Under the pieces are notes generated by a model. The model did no database searches. It was given only the letters and a program-made list of their open reading frames with translations, and was not told where the DNA came from. 64,000 nt of DNA from Vicugna vicugna (lineage: Eukaryota): positions 3,615,780 through 3,679,779 of the forward strand of contig MU058009.1 in the NCBI GenBank assembly GCA_013265495.1, read 5' to 3'. Made by a program: the position numbers and the translations under genes. The first letter of the stretch is position 1. Each line of letters begins with the position of its first letter. Positions 12,860-22,326 of the stretch are shown here, piece by piece.

Positions 12860-13870
12860 TGCGACAGAATAAAGGAGAGTGAAAGATGGAGTTTGCCTTC
12901 CAGGTGTCAAGCTAGGATGCCTGGGTTTGTGAATAGGAGAGAGTGGGTCGTGTTTATAGAGGAAAATCTTTTCTTTGGAATGTACTGGGAATGAGATGCC
13001 TGAGGGTCATCAGCTTAATAGGGCTGTCCTGCCAGAAGTGAGTATTTGAAGTTCAGGAGATGTTCAGGCACAGAGATGCAGACACGGGACCATCAGTGCA
13101 CAGGTGGTGTGTGAGGCGGCCCCTCGCGTGTGGGCTGCCTCACTTCTAATAAGCAGAAGGGGTGGGATGCCGCTTCCAAGATTCTGTTATAAAAATGTAG
13201 TGACTTCCACCTGGGGCTCTCCTTACCAGCCCCTCCTGAATCACCTACCTTGGTGAAAGCCAGCTTCCGTGGTGTGGGGCAGCCCTGCGGAGAGACCAGC
13301 TGGCCAGCAAAACCAGGAAAATGAGCTCGGAGGAAGAAGAAACTCAGCTAAGCCGCTCTCGGATTCCTTACCCACGGAAGCCACAAGATAATAAGTGGTT
13401 TTGTTACTAAGTTGCTAAGTTTTAGGGTAATTTATTATAACATAGGAATAGATTGCTAATACAGACAGTTAAAATGATGAGATTGTTTGAGCTCATCCAG
13501 GACGTTGGTGCAGAGAAAGCCACGTAGACCCTGATGCTGGCCAATGTCTAAAGGAAACCAACCGATGAAAAAGGAGTCAATGTGGGGAACCGAAGATAAA
13601 GAGTAAAATGAGAAAACCAGGGCAACTTGGCATTATTTGAAAAAAAACAAAACAGGAAATGCATTTCATGGAAGGCAGGAGATCCACACTCCTGAAGGCT
13701 GCAGACACCTCGGACGACATAGAAGCTTTGAAGTGTCCTGTAGGTTTGGCAGTTGGGGTAGAGTCTGTCTGATCTTACTAAGAGCATTTCAGTGGAGTAG
13801 GGGGTTGGTTAAACCCAGATGGCAGTGGGTTGAGGAATAAATGGCACATGAGGAAGGGGAGAGAGAGACA
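12860..13870 (-). mobile_element. LINE-2 fragment interrupted by an MLT1 LTR
   Basis: gagatgcctgagggtcatc...gaagttcaggagatgttcaggcacagagatgcagacacgggaccatcagtgcacaggtgg, resuming after the LTR to tttcagtggagtagggg...ccagatggcagtgggttgagga. Confidence 0.65.
13107..13463 (+). mobile_element. MaLR solo LTR (MLT1E/F-like) nested in L2
   Basis: gggatgccgcttccaagattctgttataaaa...gccagcttccgtggtgtggggcagccctgcggagag...ctcagctaagccgctctcggattcct...aagttgctaagttttagggtaatttattataacataggaatagattgctaataca. Confidence 0.8.
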
Positions 13871-14137
13871 TCAGAGACTAAGTTTTCCATTTAGCTTTGG
13901 TTCTAGACTATGTTTTGAGAAGAACGACTGAGGAAGGGAGGAGTGGATGATAAAGGAAGACATGCCAAAATGATGGCTGCTTTTCTTGATGGAAGTGCTT
14001 GGATGTATTGATGGTAACAATAGGGACAGGAGAAGACAGGGAGGGAGTGATTATTTCAGGACAGGTTAAGGATGGTCAGGGGAAGAAAGACAGAGAACAC
14101 GGGAGAAGCTGGGGTCAAGCACGCACGTGGAGGCAGT

Positions 14138-14690
14138 TGTCCTAACCAGGACCTTAGCTCATCAGCCAAGACTGAAGGAAAGATGCAAGGGCCACAGTAG
14201 AGTGAAGGTGGGTTTATTCAGAGAGATGCACGCTCCACAGACAGCGTGCGGGCCGTCTCCGAAGGCCAGAGAGAGCCACAGGCCTAGGAGATGCACGTTC
14301 CGCAGGCGGAGCGTGGGCCCTCGTGGCAGGTGAGAGGTGGCGGCCTCAGCACGGGGGCGTCTAGGAAAGTGAGATGGGCCGTGAGGTGCGGGGGTGTGTA
14401 TTTTTCATGGGCTCAGTGACGTCACGTGCTCACAAGTGGGAGGGTTAGGCCAGCTACTTTCGGGAAGAGGCTGGGATCCACATGAACTGGGCCGTCACCC
14501 ACTTTCTGACCATTTACAGTCAGCTCAGAGCTGCCACGGCGCCTGTGGGAGGGCCATTTCCCATGACCGTGTGTTACGATGAGCATAGGATGAAGGTCAG
14601 GGTCTCCTGGGAGCCAGACCTCCCACCACCTCGGTGCTCATCGCTGTGGCATTCCTTTAATGGTTGTGCCCTGTCCCCTTCCCTCCGTCT
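14138..14690 (-). mobile_element. ERV1-type solo LTR, lineage-specific style
   Basis: Starts with TG; reverse-strand AATAAA (tttatt near 14213); internal tandem agatgcacgctcc/agatgcacgttcc repeats; about 550 bp. No clean TSD seen. Confidence 0.55.
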
Positions 14691-17600
14691 GCTTGGGGGC
14701 CCCAGAGGTGGGGCTGTGTCCTTGTGGGGCACGCAGAGGAGCTGATATTTGAGGTCAGGCATGGTGTGTACAGTAACCAGCCCCAGGGGCAGGTGAGGGG
14801 TGCTGAGAGGTGTGAGAGTGTGTGTGACAGCTACTCACCTGCCTACCCCGCTCTTTCAGGTGGTGGGCCTGGGGGGAAGTCCTGCAACGCGGGATTTGTA
14901 TACATCCTCTAACCTCCTTTGCTTCGAGGGGACACCATATAAATTATCACGAGCCCATTTTCTCCCTCTAGATGAGAGACTGGCCAACCAAGGCCCACTG
15001 GTCAAGTCCACTTCCCTTCCCCCACCCGGCCTTTAGCAGATAACGTTCTGCTGGAATACAGTCCCGCTTATGTGCTGACCCGTGGTCCCGACTGCTTTTC
15101 CCTGATAAGGACATATTTGAGTAACTGTGACATAGACCTGAGGGTCGAGCAAGCCTATGATGTTTATCTGGCTATTTACAGAAAAATGACCCCTGTTTCC
15201 GAAGGGCCTACAACCGTGAGATAAAACTCAGCAAACGCACTTTGCACATCCCTCCTGCTCATTTTGGACAATGATTCTGAGTTTTCAGAAATTGCATTTA
15301 AGACCCCTCAGACCTGACGGGGGCAGGGCTGCCCTGCCCTTGGGAGGTTTCTCAGCCTCACCTGCACCCCCTCAAGGCGGGTGGTGCGCCTCTGAGAGTG
15401 CTGTGCTCAGACACAGTTCGCACTTCCGCAGGGCTTCCCAGGTCCCGCTCCCCTGGCCGGCGGTCCCCGTGCCCCGCGGTTCACGGAAGTTCTGCTGGGA
15501 AGCAGCCTTCGCGGGGTCTCTGTTCGCCTTTCTCAGGGGTCCTTCCACATTGCACTTCTTCTCTCTTTTAGAACTTCCAAGCAAGCACACTTGCGCTCTG
15601 GACTCAAACTCTGCTCCTTCCCCGTTCTCGGATCCCCAGCAGTGATGGGGACCAGAGCTGGTTAGCATGTTTTTTAAACACAGGTGTTCTCCATCTGAAA
15701 GGCCTTACGTTTAAGCGTTTATCCTCCCCTTCACCTTCAAAGTCCGGGGCCCTGCAGCCCCCTGAAGGGATTTCTATGGCCTTCCCCGTGGCATCGGACC
15801 CCAGAACCACCCTCAGTCATAAGGGTGGCTCTGACTCAGGGTTTGGGATGAAGCTGTGCTGCCCACTCGCAACTCACCAGGGTGCACACAGCAGTTTAAG
15901 GGTCTGGATGACAGACTCGCTGTGCTCAGCACACTCAGAGACTTCCACCTTCACAGCTATCCAGGAACCTCCAGGAGACGTACTGTAATTCGAATGGGCC
16001 TCAGCTGACAGCTGGTTGTGGAACTTCACAACCAATAATCTAATTGTATGGATCGGCCTGTGGCCTTAAATTCAAAATTAACTATGCCGGACTTTAAAAA
16101 TCAGTGAGGTCCGATCCAATGCACAGAACCAGCACCAGGGGTACGGACAACAGTGTTCTGGCTTTGGAAAACTGGCTTATTGACAGCAGAGCCCCAGACG
16201 GTGGGACTGGCTGTCTGGGCCCACGAGGTCCGGCTGGGGTCAGCGCGGACCCCCGGCCCTGCGAGTCCATTCTGCATTCTAGGTCGCGCAGGTGGAAGTT
16301 AGGGCAGGCTTAATTTGCTGGGTCGTGTGGATCTGTGGGGCTTTCCTTGGGCGCCTTCTAACAACCACAGGCCAACTCACTGGAAACCCTGACTTCCTCT
16401 GAAAACACTACTGCCTTGGGCAGGACTGGGGTACCAGAAAGCGAGGGAAAGAAAGGCTGTGGCACTGACGCGCACGGGGTGACTGCTAGACCCTTCACGC
16501 GTGTTTTAAAGGCCCCTCAATGCTCGGCGCCTGCCCTGTGGCTCTTCTCATCTATTCGCTGCCTGGCAGGAGCGCGAGTATCGTTGACCGGAAAGGCGGC
16601 CCCGTTGCTCCTGACAGGACAAGCTGCCCTGGCGGGAGGCCCAGACGGCTTCCCAGGGACCATGATGCACAGGACGACGCTTCAGGTTGCAAGGCCTCGA
16701 GCTTCGTGGGCCGGAGGTGGCGGCATGGCATTTCACAGTGGAGGTGCCCTGGGTGTGAAACTGCTGAGAGAAAGCAGCGTGTAGTGGGGGTTTTTGAGGG
16801 AATTCCATGCTGTGATCCTTGGTGTGACCCCCCTGCTTGTCCCTGAAATATGCCTGCATTCTTTCCCACCCGATTCCTGAAACAGTGTGTTGCACCCGGG
16901 TGGGAGGGGGCCCAGCTCTGCACGGGCTGCGTGCAGCTACCTCTGCGGGGCAGGTATTGTGGACCAAGCCCCGAGCTTCATCCTTCATGTACATTTTCTC
17001 ATCTATTCTGAAAAAGGATCTCCAAAGCAGGTGACATGGCTAAACACAGAGTCCTGGAGAGGTTGAGGAAACCGCCCCAAATCACACCGACAGTAAGAAG
17101 AGGCAAAGGTGGGTTTCCCACCGGGGTCAGCGTCTCTCCGGACCTTCGCATCCGTCTTCTGAGACTGGCAGGTGTCAGCAGGTGCATCCAGGTGGGCTGG
17201 GGGCGGAGAGGCTGCTGGGAAGCACGGAAATTTAACCATTAGCCGAACTAAAAATAATGTCAGGAAGGAAAGACAGTAACAGGATATGAGGATGAATATG
17301 TAATGTGCACCAAAGCCAAAAATAATTATTTTTGCCTAAAATATGCTGCCATTTTATATGGTCCACGGCAAGACTCCCCCTCCCTGTCATGAGTCACTGA
17401 GCTGCTGGTGTTTGCAGGAGGGGCAAGTTCGCACTTAGGGATCTTTGCTGGACTTGGAGGAGGTGTCTGTGGGCTATTACAGCCTGGTCTGGGGCTGACC
17501 CCCTAACGTGCGTGTTAGACCCCTAGAAGCAGAGGTTCCCGGGCAGTGCCTTCTCTCTGCTTTTCTCTGGGCCGTGCTCCAGTGTATCCTTTGATCTCCA

Positions 17601-18751
17601 CAGAGTTCGCATGCTTGCATTGAATTGCAGAGATGTCCGTCCCCTTTCCTCCCCACTTGGGCCCTGATGGATTTTGGGCCTCTCTTCAGAGCTCCCGAAT
17701 CCCTGCTCTAATTTCAATCAGAGAGGGCTCCGTGGCGGTGCAGGCCGGGCTGAAGGACCGATTCCAGAGCCCCACGGTAGAGCTGATTCACCCCTTCCCT
17801 GAGCTTTGTCCTCGGCCGCTCTTGGGGGGGGGGAGGAGGGAGAATTGAGCCGTCTTCCAGAAGGATAAATACGGTTTGTTTGTGTTTGTATTTGCTTCCA
17901 TGCTGGAGTCTGATTGCGTCCTGTGCCTTGACACCACAATTATTATTAATCTCCCCCGTCTGCTCTTCCAATCTTGCTGCTGCAGAGATGCGATGATGGA
18001 TCACATTAGACATGGTAATTGGATGAGTTGGGGGAAGGGCAGGGCAGGGAAAGACAGGTGTTTCATGATGAGATTTGAATCTGCATTAGGGACTCCGGAG
18101 CAGAGGCCTAGAAGGAAGCTGCATCGGGACATTTGGGACGAGGAGGGACCCTGTCCTGACACGGCCCGAGTGCCGTCCTGGGTCTGCAGCTTGCTCTGCT
18201 CACTGTCCTTGGGCGGCTGGGTTTTATGGCCATTTGAGGTGGAAGCTAGAGACCTCAGACCGCTGTACCCACAGTTTGAGCCTGTCTGAGGGACCACAGC
18301 CAACCAGGTCCTGTCAGCCGCTGAAGTCAGAGCTCTCAGGCAGTGTCCCCTGCTCTGTGTTTACCAGCAGGCCTTGGTAGCCCTGCTGAGCTCCGCATCT
18401 TGGAGCTGCGAGGAGGGAGCTGGGAGGAATCGCTCTGTGCCGGGCTTTGCCCCGGCCTAGGCTGCCTGAGCCCCCAGCTGAGGAGGGAGCAGCCAGGTGG
18501 TGGGTTGGCCGTCACTGCGACATCCCCTCCTCCTCCACTGTGCCTGACCTCTCCCAGCACGGTGCTTTGTAACCAAAACGTGATACAAGCCACCAAAACG
18601 TGGGATATGTCATAACTGCACCATGAAAAACTGATGTCTGAGACTGGGTACTGCTAGGCAAAGTTACAAGTTCGAGGCTGTGATCTTTATACACAAATAC
18701 TCGAGCTTTTCAAACAGCACGGCGGTTTGGGATGACCTCATTCGTTTTGTA

Positions 18752-18910
18752 CAGTGGTTCTCAAGAGTTCAGTCCTTCCATCAGCAGTATCACTTGTGAA
18801 CGTGTAAGAACTACAACCTCAGGACTCACCCCAGACCTACTGAATCAAACGCTAGGTTCGGGGGCCAGCCCTGCAGGTGATCCTGACGCTGGCTAAAGTG
18901 AGGGAAGCCC
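18752..18910. mobile_element. MER5A hAT MITE
   Basis: cagtggttctcaa...atcagcagtatcacttgtgaacgtgtaagaa...caccccagacctactgaatcaaac. Confidence 0.8.
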
Positions 18911-19477
18911 CGGGGTAGCGGTTCTGGCCGGCACTCCATCACCAGCTGGGACGCGGTCCTGCCCGCTCAAGTATGAAAACGCATGAACGTGGGACATGGG
19001 ACTCTAAAACAATGACACCCAACCTTTACTCCTGGAGATAAGTGCACCTGTGACCATGCCTGCGAATTACAAAGGAATTGTGTGATTTACAAATATATAT
19101 ATATAGTCTCCTCCCACCGATAATTCCACTAGCCGTGTGTGCTCGGTTTGCTGCCTTGTCCTCACAAACGCCAGCTTCCAGCCTGACGGAAGGGGAACAG
19201 CAGGGGAAAGCCGTGTCTCTGGAATACACACCTGAGCACGTGGTGCAGCCCTACCTCGGATTCTCCGGGATGAGCTGGTAGAACCAGAAAGCTGGGAAGC
19301 AAAGCCGGACTCTGCCTCCCCTGGGGACCAGGAAGAACTTACACGAACCCTCACTCCCAGAACGCCAGCAGAGGCCCACACCGCCAGCTTCTTCTCGGCT
19401 GTGTGGTTCTGTCTGTCTGTAGAGGCCGTGTGTGGAAGAAAAGGATGCCTCAGGCCAGTGTGGCCCCTACCTTGTTC

Positions 19478-20205
19478 CCATGTGTTTTTCCATACCAAGC
19501 ACTTCTGTACTTGTCCGTGGACACTGACCGTCTGCTGATAATGGGAGAACTCTGCCCTGCAGTTTTAATTCAATCCTGACGCTATCTACCTGAAGACCCC
19601 AGTCAGGGCTCAGTCTCACTAGGCTGCCCCAACTCAGACGCCAATCATAAGTCCAGGTTGTCACCTGTGGCTGTAAATCAGAGGTTCCCACGACCCCCTC
19701 CTCACATTCAGTTCATTTGCTGGAGCAGCTCACAGAGCTCAGAGGAATATTTGCTCACGATGACCAGTGTGCTACAGAAGATGGTGTAAAAGATCCTTCA
19801 TGCGGATCAACAGCCAGATAAAGAGGCACATGGGGAGGTTCGGAAGGACCCTGAGTGCAGGAGCTTCTGTCCCCGTGGAGCTGGTGGGTGGGCACCACCC
19901 TCCTGTGGTTGATGCCTTCCCCAGGCAGCTCATCAGATCTCCTTGCTTGAGTTTTCACAGAGCTTAACCACAGCCCCTCCTTCCCCCTCCCAGAAGTCCT
20001 TGTGGGGCTCAGAGTTCCAACCCTCTAATCACGGGGTCTCCCTGGGGACCAGCCCCATCTGCCCCTACTAGAGGCACCACCCTGTCACCTCATTAGCACA
20101 CGCTCAAGAGGGGCTTCTCATGGATGATGAAAGGCAGTCCTGTCACTCAGGAGATCAGTGCCTGCAACAGGGACAGAGACCAAATCTCTTTCTTTCTACA
20201 CCACA
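19478..20205 (-). mobile_element. MER21-type LTR
   Basis: aattcaatcctgacgctatctacctg...agggctcagtc...ctgccccaactcagacgccaatc...aaatcagaggttcccacgaccccctcctc...gcagctcacagagctcag...agagttccaaccctctaatcac...gacagagaccaaat...caccaca matches the reverse complement of the recalled MER21B/C consensus. Confidence 0.82.
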
Positions 20206-21089
20206 CCGGCCCTTGGGTGTCCCTCTGAAGTTGAGAGATAACACCCAGAAGACACAAGACAAGGCCACTGCGTGCTAATGGCCTTTGACTTCAGCTGAAC
20301 AGGACCACAGCGGAGCTGGGGGCCTGGCGGCCACAGTTATTTCAAGGGTCTTTCTGGGCACCTCGTAAGCCCCTGCTTCTGCTTGGGAGAAGGCGCTGGT
20401 CCATCCTCTATGGACCCCCAAGGGGCTGCCACAGGGGGCAGAGCCTTGGCGCGGGCACTTGGCGAGCAGAGGCCCTATGCTGGGCACTCAGGGAAGGGAA
20501 GGCGGGAGAGCCTCGGGGCACCGAGCTATAAATCGGCACAGTCCACTTAGGAGCTTACATTTATTTTTTTCTCATCAGCACAGATGCTGTTGCTGGTAAT
20601 GGAGCTGCTGCGCAGGAACTCATGCATGAGATTAGCTGCAGAGGAAGGACGGTTGGGTTGCGAGAGGAGAACCCAGGGGTGGCTGCTCAGTTGTGGGCGC
20701 CGGCAGGGCCAGCAAACCAACTGGGGCCTGCATTTCCAGGGCACAGACAGGAGGGGACCCTGGAGACAGAGTCCAGCTCCCTCACTTTACCAATGGGGTC
20801 AGAGGGCCAGGTCGGGGAAGGGACTCGCCTCAGGGCATAGGGCAAGCGGGGACGGGGTTTAGGGCAGTAAACTTGCCTGCCCAGCGAGTCTTTCCTTGGC
20901 AGTCCTGCCTGCAGAGGGATTCCCGGTGCAGGAGGAAGGAGCACAGGGCGGGTGCTCGGCCAGAGGGCAATGCTGGCATCGCCCAGATCTTTCTCTCCTT
21001 CTTTCTCATTCAAACCCTCTCCTCTCTTAATTAACTCGCTCCCTCTCTGTTCATGGGGTAACTTCCAGCAGTTGGCCCTTCACAGGAGC

Positions 21090-22130
21090 GTGTGTGGGCG
21101 CGCATGCTCGCGTGGGCGCGCATGCTCGCGTGGGCGCGCATGCTCGCGTGGGCGCGCATGCTCGCGTGGGCGCGCATGCTCGCGTGGGCGCGCATGCTCG
21201 CGTGGGCGCGCATGCTCGCGTGGGCGCGCATGCTCGCGTGGGCGCGCATGCTCGCGTGGGCGCGCATGCTCGCGTGGGCGCGCATGCTCGCGTGGGCGCG
21301 CATGCTCGCGTGGGCGCGCATGCGCACAGACTCAGGCGGGGCCCCAGGTGTGCTCCCCGACCGCGTCCGCTCGGGGAGGCAGCGGACAGGCCCTGGAAGC
21401 CCGGCCCGTCTCACCCCTGGGCTGACGGGGACAGTCCGTCCAGACAAGTGGGGCCCCACTGTCCACACTCCGGCTGGGGACGCACACGGGCGAGCCGGGA
21501 GGAGCCCTCCTGCGCCCTGGCTGCCGCTGCCCGGGCCGCGCTCTCCCCGCGCTCGCTCTCCCTGGTGCGGAAGCGGGGCCGCCAGGCGCGCTTCCGTGGA
21601 GGCACCGCCGCCTCCGAGGGGTCGCTGCTCCGGGGCCACAGCGGAAGACGTCACCATCGCTCCTCGCCCGGCCCGCGGACCTCAGGTAGGCTGCTTTACT
21701 GACGCTTTCAAGTTGCTGCCACTGACTTTGTCCCAAGAAGCTTCTCCATGACTACGCCCCGGGCGGAGCAGGCCTCCCTTGGCCCTCAGCTTCCCCGGGG
21801 CTCAGCCGGTAGACGGGAGGTCAGCACGGTTGGCAGGAGGGGCGGCGCTCACGCTGGCGGCTCTGGGCCGACCAGTCACCCGCCGCCTGTCTCCTCGCCC
21901 TGGGATGCGCCCCCCGGAGTGCCCCTTTCCACTTGTCCAGTTCCTGCGCTGTCAGCCTCCAAGGCAGGCGTGGGCTGTTTCTCCAGGAAGCCTCCTCTGA
22001 ACCCTTAGCCGGGAGGCTGGCTCCGCCGCCTGCCCTCCCCTGCCCTGCGGGGCCTGCAGCGCTCAGCACGGTGTGAGCTCTCCTGGCCGCCCTTCTCCTT
22101 GGACCGTGCCCTTCTCGGGGCCTCGGCTGT
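21090..22130 (+). promoter_or_regulatory. CpG island / candidate TATA-less promoter with possible first exon
   Basis: Very CpG- and GC-dense. NRF1 consensus CGCGCATGCGCA 21315-21326; GC box 21334-21342; ETS/GABP cores CGGAAG 21568, CTTCCG 21591, CGGAAG 21642; CRE-like GACGTCA 21647-21653; donor-like CAG|GTAGGC with GT at 21686. Strand is inferred from the donor only. Confidence 0.7.
21094..21327 (+). repeat. Perfect 18-bp minisatellite (GTGGGCGCGCATGCTCGC)x12 plus one variant unit GTGGGCGCGCATGCGCAC
   Basis: Read directly: 12 identical units at 21094-21309, 13th unit at 21310-21327. Confidence 0.98.
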
Positions 22131-22157
22131 AACTTGTCTTTGTCTTTTGGTGTTTTT

Positions 22158-22326
22158 CAGTGGGTTCTTTATAGAAATTATAACTTAGAATCACTTGGAG
22201 GATATTTTTTAAAATGTCTGTGCTTGGGTTCTACCTCCAAATAATTAAATCAAAATCTTTGAGTACCGGGTCCTGATGTATTTTTGTTAAAAGCTCAAAT
22301 ATTCGTTCAGGGTTGAGAACCATTGC
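22158..22326. mobile_element. MER5B-like hAT MITE
   Basis: cagtgggttct...ttagaatcacttggagg...ttttaaaatg...aattaaatcaaaatctttg...cagggttgagaaccattg. Confidence 0.7.

Noticed and set aside
21094..21327. CRISPR-like array
   Set aside because: Units are head-to-tail with no unique spacers, no cas genes are present, and the context is mammalian.
20952..21751. Long ORFs with (WARMLA)n, (VGAHAR)n, (GRACSR)n and (MRAHAS)n repeats
   Set aside because: By-products of a stop-free 18-bp repeat running into a CpG island; open in several frames on both strands, with no protein-like sequence.
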